This document shows positions 22,197 through 29,982 of a DNA stretch of 38,012 nucleotides, in pieces. The stretch is from Mariniphaga sp. GTDB lineage: Bacteria; Bacteroidota; Bacteroidia; Bacteroidales; Prolixibacteraceae. Each line of letters begins with the position of its first letter. The first letter of the stretch is position 1. The position numbers were made by a program, and so were the translations under genes. The DNA is taken from contig JABMQB010000363.1 of assembly GCA_013203525.1 (NCBI GenBank), forward strand, positions 1-38,012, written 5' to 3'. The notes beneath the pieces are model-generated. The model did no database searches and was not told the origin of the DNA. It saw only the letters and a program-made list of their open reading frames with translations.

Positions 22197-24152
22197 TTAA
22201 TTAATCTCCAAATTCACCATTAATATCGAATACCCTGGAATTTCCAGTGTTTTATTTTTAAAATCCAGTTTCGATTCAGCAATCACAACTTTAGGATCTT
22301 TTCCAGGTTCGTTGTAAACCTGAGGATCATTGTGTTGAATAATCCATTGTTTCCCCATTTTCGTAATTTTTGTGTTTTCGAATTCAAAGGGTAAACTGGC
22401 AAATTCGGGAGTGCTGTTAATAACAGCAATTGTAAGTTGGTTTTTTTCTTCTGTCAACGCAACAGAAATATCCAAACCTTCTATCGAATTTTCTATGATA
22501 ACCGGAATAGTTCCAAATTCATTTCGATATAGTTTTAAGGGCAATCCGGTTGTTGCAAAACCCGCTGTAGTTGGTGTGGTTTTAATACACCCGATTACAT
22601 TTACGGTTTGGGCATAATTGGCCATAAAATAAATATCGCTGTTTCGGAAATATTCATGCAGGCCTTTGGCAACACCAAGAGCATCTTTCTGGTGGTATCG
22701 CACGCCCAATTCACCATAAATATAATCGCCATACCAGTAATTCCATTCATCCATGGCAATGCGGATATTTTTTTCAGCCAGCCCCGGAATAGACTCCCGG
22801 TATTGACGGTGGGCATCAGCAACATTTTTAATTGAATTTTCTAATTGGGCAATATGGTTTGTAACATCATCCAACTCCCTGCAATAAATATGTTCGCTGA
22901 TAAAGTCCATATAATCTGAGCATTGTTCCATCATTGTTTCACTCCAATCGCCAATAGCACCTACACCAATAAGTTTTGCATTTGGGTCAACATCCCAGAT
23001 TGCCTTAGCCATTAGGTTATGTTTTTTCACATAATCTTTTAAAGGCATGTGCCCCAGCTGCCAGTTTCCAAACATTTCGTTACCAACTGCCCACCATTTA
23101 ATACCATAAGGCTCAGGGTGTCCGTTTTCAGCCCTAAGTTTCCCCATGTCTGTATTTGCAGTGCTGTTGCAATATTCAATTTCCCTGGCAACTTCTTCAA
23201 CCGTTCCTAATCCCGTGTTTACAGCAATAAACGGTTCAGAATCTATGATTTCCATAAGTTCCATATATTCATGGATTCCAACATCATTAGCTTCAACACC
23301 TTTCCATGCCGGATTTTTACGTGGTGGGCGTTTGTCACGCTCACCAATACCATCCATCCAGTTATATCCACTCACAAAATTTCCACCAGGCCAACGATAT
23401 ATAGGAGAGTTTAGTTCTTTCAGTAATGCAATCACATCTTTTCGCCATCCCTTGATATTATCGGATGGCATTAGTGAAACAGTACCTATTTTAAATTGTC
23501 CTTTACCAGTACTAAGGATTTCCAATGTGGCTTCGTTGCATGAAAAGCCTGGTGTAAACTCAAAAGGATAGCTTTTATATTCTTTGGTAATTTCAGTTAT
23601 TTCAACCGAAATCTTTTCTCCGGTATGATTTAATAGTTGTACAGTAACGGGTAACACTCCAATATTTCCTGAAAGTATTAGGGATCCAGTGTATTTTTTA
23701 TTGGCAACAACCGCAAGCCGGGCTTGTTTAATTCCTGCATTTGAGCCATCGCCTGGAACTATCACCTGAACCGACTGTTCTCCGGAGAAAGGATTTTTAG
23801 TATCCATTTTAACAGCATCCTCTTCTCCTATTATTTCCCAGGGAGAACCGTTTAAATAAGTGTATGGACCTGTGTTCCAAAAACGATCAGAGTCCTGCGC
23901 CCATGGGTCGAAGTCGGCAATTACAGGGTAGTAAAACTTACGGTCGTCAAGCATTTCAGCCCAAATTCCTCCATAAATACATTTTCCCAGGTGTTCAATA
24001 AACTGTCCATATATATATTCTTCAATGGGCTCACCGGTTTTGCCGGTATCTACCATTATTGTATTTTCTTGAATTTTTGAATTGCAACTGGAAAGAATAA
24101 AAATTATAATAAGAATAAGCAGATTTGGTTTATTCAGGTTTATTTTTTTCAT
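22197..24152 (-). CDS. GH51 alpha-L-arabinofuranosidase, probable lipoprotein
   Basis: 651 aa. The signal ...IIIFILSSC has a lipobox Cys. GH51 blocks are YGQFIEHLGKCIYGGIW, YRWPGGNFVSGYNWMDGIG and WAVGNEMFGNWQLGH. Confidence 0.85.
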   Translation of the reverse strand: MKKINLNKPNLLILIIIFILSSCNSKIQENTIMVDTGKTGEPIEEYIYGQFIEHLGKCIYGGIWAEMLDDRKFYYPVIADFDPWAQDSDRFWNTGPYTYLNGSPWEIIGEEDAVKMDTKNPFSGEQSVQVIVPGDGSNAGIKQARLAVVANKKYTGSLILSGNIGVLPVTVQLLNHTGEKISVEITEITKEYKSYPFEFTPGFSCNEATLEILSTGKGQFKIGTVSLMPSDNIKGWRKDVIALLKELNSPIYRWPGGNFVSGYNWMDGIGERDKRPPRKNPAWKGVEANDVGIHEYMELMEIIDSEPFIAVNTGLGTVEEVAREIEYCNSTANTDMGKLRAENGHPEPYGIKWWAVGNEMFGNWQLGHMPLKDYVKKHNLMAKAIWDVDPNAKLIGVGAIGDWSETMMEQCSDYMDFISEHIYCRELDDVTNHIAQLENSIKNVADAHRQYRESIPGLAEKNIRIAMDEWNYWYGDYIYGELGVRYHQKDALGVAKGLHEYFRNSDIYFMANYAQTVNVIGCIKTTPTTAGFATTGLPLKLYRNEFGTIPVIIENSIEGLDISVALTEEKNQLTIAVINSTPEFASLPFEFENTKITKMGKQWIIQHNDPQVYNEPGKDPKVVIAESKLDFKNKTLEIPGYSILMVNLEIN

Positions 24153-24306
24153 AATAGTTTTTTGTGGTTAGTTTAATTTTATAAAAATAGTTGATTTTTT
24201 TTAACTCAGGAGTTTTCATCAATTTCTTAAAAGTTATAAGGTATTTTTAAATTCTTTGAAATAATCATAACTTAGAATTCTTTATTAACCAATAAAAACC
24301 TGACTT

Positions 24307-25167
24307 ATGAAAAACTTAAACCGTCGCCGTTTTATAGGCACAACAGCAGTGGGAATTGCCTCGACAGCTCTTCTACCATTAATTCCTAAAAATTTATTTG
24401 CAGCAGAAAAATTGAATATATCATTTGGATTCCAGTCATGGACAATCAGGCAAAAACTGTTTGAAGATTTTGCCGGCACTATGAAAAAAATGGCTGCAAT
24501 GGGTTATAGCGAAATTGAAATGTGTTCGCCTAAAGGCTATACAGGAACCGGATTTGAAGCTTTGGCTGATATAAAACCCGGAGATATGAAAAAGATAATT
24601 GAAGATTCGGGGTTGATTTGCAGGAGTTCACATTATAATTTTGGCGAATTAAAAGATAATCTTGAAGAAACCATTGAATGGACAAAAAAAATGGGGATAA
24701 GCCAAATTGTTCTTTCCAGTTTTTGGTTGCCCAGCGGTGCAACTGTTAGCGATTACCGAAAAGCAGCCACTGAATTGAACGCTGCGGGAGAAACAATCAA
24801 AAAAGCCGGGCTGATAACTGGTTTTCACAATCATCATATGGAATTTGAAACCATTGATGGCGAGCTGATTTACGATGCAATTCTGGAAGAACTTGATCCT
24901 GACCTGGTAAAAATGCAGTTTCAGGTAGCGGTTATCAGTATTGGTTATAAAGCAGCTGATTATTTCAGGAAACATCCGGGAAGGTTTATTTCAGCCCACC
25001 TTGCCGATTGGTCGAATGAAAAAGAAACACAGGTGCCGATAGGACAGGGCGTTGTTGATTGGGAAGACTTTTTTGAAGCAGCTAAAACCGGAGGTGTAAA
25101 AAACTTTTTTGTAGAAATGGATCCCGCAACATTTGGAGAAAGTGCAAAGTTTTTGAAAAGCCTTTAG
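24307..25167 (+). CDS. Xylose-isomerase-like TIM-barrel protein (sugar phosphate isomerase/epimerase family) with a twin-arginine signal
   Basis: 286 aa. The N-terminus MKNLNRRRFIGTTAVGIASTALLPLIP is a Tat-type motif. The body has a pattern typical of the AP-endonuclease-2/xylose-isomerase TIM family: YSEIEM, GFHNHHMEF and FFVEMD. Confidence 0.78.
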   Translation: MKNLNRRRFIGTTAVGIASTALLPLIPKNLFAAEKLNISFGFQSWTIRQKLFEDFAGTMKKMAAMGYSEIEMCSPKGYTGTGFEALADIKPGDMKKIIEDSGLICRSSHYNFGELKDNLEETIEWTKKMGISQIVLSSFWLPSGATVSDYRKAATELNAAGETIKKAGLITGFHNHHMEFETIDGELIYDAILEELDPDLVKMQFQVAVISIGYKAADYFRKHPGRFISAHLADWSNEKETQVPIGQGVVDWEDFFEAAKTGGVKNFFVEMDPATFGESAKFLKSL

Positions 25168-25270
25168 CGTGTTGTTATTGGTTCAAATTAAAAGGACTTT
25201 TGTTCACAAAGAGTTCTTTTTCTAAAGGTTTTTGTTAAATTTACCGGAAATTAATTAACCTGAATTACTA

Positions 25271-25639
25271 ATGAAGTTTTTTCGGAAATATGTTATATTC
25301 CAGTTTCTGATTATTTTTCCGGCAGTATGTTTATTGTTGTACAATTCAGCTGTTAATATGCATGTCCATCAGGTTAAGGGAAGTATAATTTCACATGCTC
25401 ATCCTTTTTCAAAGAAAGCCGATCTACCAGCTCCTTTTGCCAATCACCAGCATTCAAAACTAGAATATATTGTTCTTGATAAAATCCTGAATTTTTTTGT
25501 TTTTATTATTTGCATTGCCGGGATTATTGAGTTAAAAGCACATTTAAATTCGAGCATAAAAATTATTATCCCTGAATTTTCCATACAGAACATCTATCAC
25601 TTAAGCAAAAATTTACGCGCACCCCCTTATCGGTTTTAA
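25271..25639 (+). CDS. Small membrane protein with His-rich motifs; family not recognised
   Basis: 122 aa. It has an N-terminal hydrophobic segment (VIFQFLIIFPAVCLLLY), then NMHVHQVKGSIISHAHPF...ANHQHSKLE with 7 His in about 35 aa, then a second hydrophobic segment. It sits directly upstream of the metal-uptake genes on the same strand. Coding status is supported only by ORF length and context. Confidence 0.5.
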   Translation: MKFFRKYVIFQFLIIFPAVCLLLYNSAVNMHVHQVKGSIISHAHPFSKKADLPAPFANHQHSKLEYIVLDKILNFFVFIICIAGIIELKAHLNSSIKIIIPEFSIQNIYHLSKNLRAPPYRF

Positions 25640-25747
25640 CACAATATTATAAAAGCACAATTGTAATTATTGCATTGGCGATTATATTTAAAATAGCACT
25701 TCGAAATAGCTATTTTAAGTACATATTTATTTAAAGTTAAAACCAAA

Positions 25748-27079
25748 ATGAACTATAGAAATTTTTTGATAATCCTGATTAGCATTTTTATTTCCGTACA
25801 CTATTCATATTCTCAGGATGTAAATAAAGAACTGGAGCTTCTTAGACATGAGCTTCAGGAATTGAAGGAAACAAGTGTTTTAAAAACCAGCCAGCTCGAA
25901 AAACTGATTTTATCGCTGAAAGCAAAAATTGACAACTCAGAACAAGAGGATGAATTAAAAAAACTTTTAGAAGAAGCAAATCAGTTAAGCACTCAGGAAA
26001 AGGAAGAAAAATCAGATATTTCTAAAAAATTCCAGAGTGGTGTCAGAACCCAGCAGGGGTTAAATCCGAATATAAGCTTAAGTGGTGATTTTTTTGCCGG
26101 CTTTAGCTCTGCCTATAACTCAATTTTGGATGAACCCGGCGATTTTTTTTATGGAAATAATGGTTTCCATTTGAGGGAGGCGGAACTTGCCCTTGTTGCA
26201 CCTCTCGATCCTTTTACTCGTGGAAAGGCATTTTTATCAGTAACAAAAGAGGGCATTTCCATTGAAGAAGCATATATGGAATTGCTTAATCTTCCTTTGA
26301 ATATGAATTTGAAGGCAGGGATTTTTTATGCTGAATTTGGTCCCCTGAACCGTTATCACGACCACGCCCTTCCGCAGTTTGACCGTCCCAGGGCACTTGT
26401 GAATTATTTTAGCAATGCAGGATTAGGCGGGACCGGAATAGCTGCAAACTTTATGCTTCCCAGAATTTTGTTTGCCCATGCCAGTAACCTCGATATTTCA
26501 ATTATTAATGGAGGCAATGGTGTGAGTTTCGACAATCAGGGCAAAAGGCGGATGCTATACATTGGGCATTGGAAAAACTATTATGACCTTTCAACAAATA
26601 GTTATTTTGAATTTAGCCTGAATGGAGTAACCGGGAAAAATGATATTGACGGAGATTATAATTCATATATATCGAGCCTGGGGCTTACATACAAATGGAT
26701 TCCGGTAGGGAGGGAAAAATATCGTACTGTTGATTGGAAAACCGAATTGTTTTATGGCCTTTACGAAATTCCGGGGCAAACGGTTAAAAGCAAGGGTTTT
26801 TATTCATCAATTCAAAACAAGTTAAATTCTAGATTTTGGATAGGAGGAAGGATTGGTTATTCTGAGTTGCCATACGATAAAACTCAAAGCGAATGGGATA
26901 TTACTACCAATATAGATTTCTGGCAAAGTGAATTTGTGTTTTTCAGGCTTCAGTATCAATACAATAAACGAGATATTTTTAACATGAAACATAATTTGGG
27001 AGCTGTAATTCCTTCCGACCATAGTTTGATTTTACAAATCTGCTGGGCAATGGGCCCGCACAAACATGAAGCATATTAA
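25748..27079 (+). CDS. Outer-membrane beta-barrel (porin-like) protein with an N-terminal coiled-coil
   Basis: 443 aa. It has a signal peptide (...SVHYSYSQ) and a heptad-like, highly charged stretch of about 70 aa (ELELLRHELQELKE...EEANQLSTQEKEEK). The remaining roughly 340 aa are rich in Gly, Asn, Tyr and Phe with alternating hydrophobicity (LNPNISLSGDFFAGFS...) and end in an aromatic residue (..HEAY). It lies 19 bp upstream of the binding-protein gene. Confidence 0.6.
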   Translation: MNYRNFLIILISIFISVHYSYSQDVNKELELLRHELQELKETSVLKTSQLEKLILSLKAKIDNSEQEDELKKLLEEANQLSTQEKEEKSDISKKFQSGVRTQQGLNPNISLSGDFFAGFSSAYNSILDEPGDFFYGNNGFHLREAELALVAPLDPFTRGKAFLSVTKEGISIEEAYMELLNLPLNMNLKAGIFYAEFGPLNRYHDHALPQFDRPRALVNYFSNAGLGGTGIAANFMLPRILFAHASNLDISIINGGNGVSFDNQGKRRMLYIGHWKNYYDLSTNSYFEFSLNGVTGKNDIDGDYNSYISSLGLTYKWIPVGREKYRTVDWKTELFYGLYEIPGQTVKSKGFYSSIQNKLNSRFWIGGRIGYSELPYDKTQSEWDITTNIDFWQSEFVFFRLQYQYNKRDIFNMKHNLGAVIPSDHSLILQICWAMGPHKHEAY

Positions 27080-27098
27080 TAAAGAAATTTAAATATTT

Positions 27099-28148
27099 AT
27101 GAAAAAGCTATTAATACTATTAACATTACTTTTCTGTTTTGGTGTAGCAACTGAAAAAGTAAATGCAAGAGGCATTGGGTCGGATGCGGGAAAATTAAAT
27201 ATTGTTTGTTCATTTTCCGATTATGCAACCATTGTGCAGGCAATAGTTAAAGATAAAGGCGAGGTGGGATTTATAGCCTCAGGTGAGCAGGATCCACATT
27301 TTGTACCGCCAAAACCAAGTTTTGCTATGAAGCTTAAGAGTGCCGATATGTGGATTACCACTGGCATGGATCTTGAAGGCTGGTCATCTACATTACTGGA
27401 TAAAGCTCGTAACAAACAAATAATGGATGGAGCTGTTGGATTTGTTTCTGTTTCCGATGGAATTAAGGTTTTGCAAAAGGTGGAAAAAGGGGACCGCACT
27501 GAAGGCGATGTCCATCTTATGGGAAATCCGCATATTAACACGGGTCCGGCAAATTGGAAGCATATGGCCCACAATATTACCATTGGATTAATGAAAGTCG
27601 ATCCGGCAAATGCTTCGTTTTATGAAAAAAACCGAGATGAATTTTGCGGCAAAGTGGACAAAGCACTTTTTGGCGAAGAGCTGGTAAATATGTTTGGTAG
27701 CGAAACACTCACCAAAATGCTTGAAAATAAAACATTGTTTGCTTTCCTGGAAAGAGATTTCCAGGGGGGAAAATTGCAGGAAAAACTAGGTGGATGGCTT
27801 AAAAAGGCCCTACCTTTCAGAAATAAAAATGTTATTGCATATCATAAAAACTGGGCTTATTTCTGTGAAACATTTGGGTTAAATATCGTTGGGTATATTG
27901 AACCAAAACCTGGTATTCCGCCATCGGCAAAACATGTTCAGCATATGGTTAATTTAATAAAGGAGCAGGATATTAAACTAATGCTGGTTGCCAGTTATTT
28001 TGAAAAGAAATCGGCCACGATGATTGAAGGCAAAACAGGAATTGAAGCGCTTTTCCTTCCACTGTTTGTTGCCGGTATTGAAGAGGTGGATGATAATTTT
28101 CAATTGGTTGATTACTGGATTGAAAAGATTAATAAAAGTATCAAATAA
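27099..28148 (+). CDS. Metal ABC transporter substrate-binding protein, ZnuA/TroA (cluster A-I) family
   Basis: 349 aa with a signal peptide. Family blocks are EQDPHFVPPKP, GNPHINTGP, VIAYHKNWAYFCETFGL and a late ...SYFEKKSATMIE block. The candidate metal-ligand His residues are in the expected positions. Confidence 0.85.
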   Translation: MKKLLILLTLLFCFGVATEKVNARGIGSDAGKLNIVCSFSDYATIVQAIVKDKGEVGFIASGEQDPHFVPPKPSFAMKLKSADMWITTGMDLEGWSSTLLDKARNKQIMDGAVGFVSVSDGIKVLQKVEKGDRTEGDVHLMGNPHINTGPANWKHMAHNITIGLMKVDPANASFYEKNRDEFCGKVDKALFGEELVNMFGSETLTKMLENKTLFAFLERDFQGGKLQEKLGGWLKKALPFRNKNVIAYHKNWAYFCETFGLNIVGYIEPKPGIPPSAKHVQHMVNLIKEQDIKLMLVASYFEKKSATMIEGKTGIEALFLPLFVAGIEEVDDNFQLVDYWIEKINKSIK

Positions 28149-28153
28149 AATGT

Positions 28154-28990
28154 ATGCTTGAAAATCTGATTTTTTTATTGGCACCATTTACAGCCTGTGT
28201 TTTGCTTGCGGGAATTTTGAGCTATTTCGGAAATCATATACTTTCGAGGGGAATAATATTTATTGATATTGCTGTTGCCCAGATTGCAGCATTGGGAACT
28301 ATGATCGGGCTTTTGCTTGGTTTTTCGCAAGATTCATTATCGGTTGAATTGTCTTCCTATATTTTTACTTTAATTGTGATTTCTTTATTTGCGCTTACTA
28401 AATTTCAAAAACAAAAGATCTCACAGGAGGCTATCATCGGAATTATTTATTGCATTGGGCTGGGCCTTGCATTGTTGCTTGTTGAAAAAATACCCGGAGG
28501 CTCTAATTATATCACAAAAACAATTACCGGAAATATTTTATGGGTAAACTGGTCGCAGGTGCTTTATTCTTTCCTTATTTTTGCATCCATTGGGATTATC
28601 CATTTTTTCTATAAAAAGCATTTTGTTAAAATCTCTGATTCTGCAACAAGTGATTTGTTGCCATATTCACAAAAAAAGTTGCGGCAATACGAGTTGATTT
28701 TTTATATAACATTTGGGATTGTCATTGTAAAAGCCGTACCAATTGCCGGTATTTTTTTAGTCTTTATTTTGCTTGTTGCTCCTACAGCAGCTGTAACCCT
28801 TTTTACCAACAACTGGAAAAAGCGGTTTATTGGAAGCTGGCTGATAGGAATAATCGGATCGGCAGTCGGGATATATCTTTCATATGTTTTTAATATATCC
28901 AATGGCCCTGCAATTGTTTGCCTGTTAGGGATTACAGTATTTATACTGGCGTTTATAAAACTATTTAAAAAACAAACGATCAAATCCTGA
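28154..28990 (+). CDS. ABC-3 family metal transporter permease (ZnuB/TroC-like)
   Basis: 278 aa, polytopic. It has the IFIDIAVAQIAALG block near the N-terminus and LLVAPTAAV late in the sequence, both typical of ABC-3 permeases. It starts 5 nt after the binding-protein stop. Confidence 0.85.
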   Translation: MLENLIFLLAPFTACVLLAGILSYFGNHILSRGIIFIDIAVAQIAALGTMIGLLLGFSQDSLSVELSSYIFTLIVISLFALTKFQKQKISQEAIIGIIYCIGLGLALLLVEKIPGGSNYITKTITGNILWVNWSQVLYSFLIFASIGIIHFFYKKHFVKISDSATSDLLPYSQKKLRQYELIFYITFGIVIVKAVPIAGIFLVFILLVAPTAAVTLFTNNWKKRFIGSWLIGIIGSAVGIYLSYVFNISNGPAIVCLLGITVFILAFIKLFKKQTIKS

Positions 28991-28996
28991 AGCAAT

Positions 28997-29857
28997 ATGG
29001 AAATTTTGGAATTTATGTTTATACCGTTTACTGCCTGTATTTTATTGATAAGCAGTAATGTTTATTTTGGAATTCATGTATTAAAAAGGGAGATTATTTT
29101 TATTGATATTGCACTTGCTCAGATTGCTGCATTGGGCGGAACAATTGCAATGGTTATCAGTGATATAACCAGTGATTCGCATGCAGGTCATGACCATGGA
29201 GAAGACTCAGTTTCGTCATTTATCTTTTCAGTTTTATTTTGCACAATAGCAGCCTTTATTTTTTCTCTCCTGAAAAGCAAAAAAATAAAAATACCGCTCG
29301 AAGCATTAATTGGTATTGCCTATGCTGTTGCTACCACAGCCGCTGTAATTATACTTGATAAAAGCGCGGGAAGTGATGTACATATACACGATATGCTTAC
29401 AGGGGCATTACTTTGGGTAGGTTGGGACCAAGTGGTTAAACTTGCAATTGTTGTGGGTTTGGTTGGCCTGTTTCATGTAATTTTCAGGAAGAAGTTTTTT
29501 AAACTATCCGATAATTATCATAAAACAGAAACCGGATTAAAAAACAAAGGTTTGTGGGATTTCCTGTTTTATTTTTCATTTGGGATTGTTATTGTACAGG
29601 CTGTAAGTGTTGGCGGGATTATAACGGTTTTTGCCTTTCTTATTATTCCGGCTTCCATATCGGCATTGTATGCAACGCAATGGTACTCCAGAATTTTTAT
29701 TGGATTAGGAATAGGAGCTGTGGTGACGTTGCTTGGACTATATTTTTCATGGGAACTAGATGTGCCTTGTTCTCCGGTAATTATAATGTTTTTAGGTGTA
29801 GTTTTATTAATTTCTCTTTTGTATAAAAAACTTTTAAAGCCAAAAACAGAGGCGTAA
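28997..29857 (+). CDS. ABC-3 family metal transporter permease (TroD-like paralog) with a His/Asp-rich loop insertion
   Basis: 286 aa and a paralog of the preceding permease (IFIDIALAQIAALG, FLIIPASISAL). It has an extra SDSHAGHDHGEDS segment after the first helix pair. Confidence 0.85.
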   Translation: MEILEFMFIPFTACILLISSNVYFGIHVLKREIIFIDIALAQIAALGGTIAMVISDITSDSHAGHDHGEDSVSSFIFSVLFCTIAAFIFSLLKSKKIKIPLEALIGIAYAVATTAAVIILDKSAGSDVHIHDMLTGALLWVGWDQVVKLAIVVGLVGLFHVIFRKKFFKLSDNYHKTETGLKNKGLWDFLFYFSFGIVIVQAVSVGGIITVFAFLIIPASISALYATQWYSRIFIGLGIGAVVTLLGLYFSWELDVPCSPVIIMFLGVVLLISLLYKKLLKPKTEA

Positions 29858-29920
29858 GTAGATTAATTTCAGGATTATTGATAAAAACGTTTTTAACATT
29901 TGTGCTTTATATGTCCATTT

Positions 29921-29953
29921 AAAAAGCTTCTGTTTTTCCAGAGGCTTTTTTAT
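29921..29953 (+). terminator. Rho-independent terminator candidate after the permease genes
   Basis: AAAAAGCTTCTG(29921-29932), a 6-nt loop, then CAGAGGCTTTTT(29939-29950). This gives 12 pairs including one G-U, followed by a T-run extending to 29951. It lies 64 nt after the stop at 29857. Confidence 0.55.
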
Positions 29954-29982
29954 TAAGGTTATAAATTATAATTTGCATTGAA

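Noticed and set aside
25168-25270. Imperfect hairpin ACTTTTG-TTCA-CAAAGAGT followed by TCTTTTT after the TIM-barrel gene, as a possible terminator.
   Set aside because: The stem needs a bulge and is AT-rich and short. It is weaker than the two terminators reported, so it was left out.
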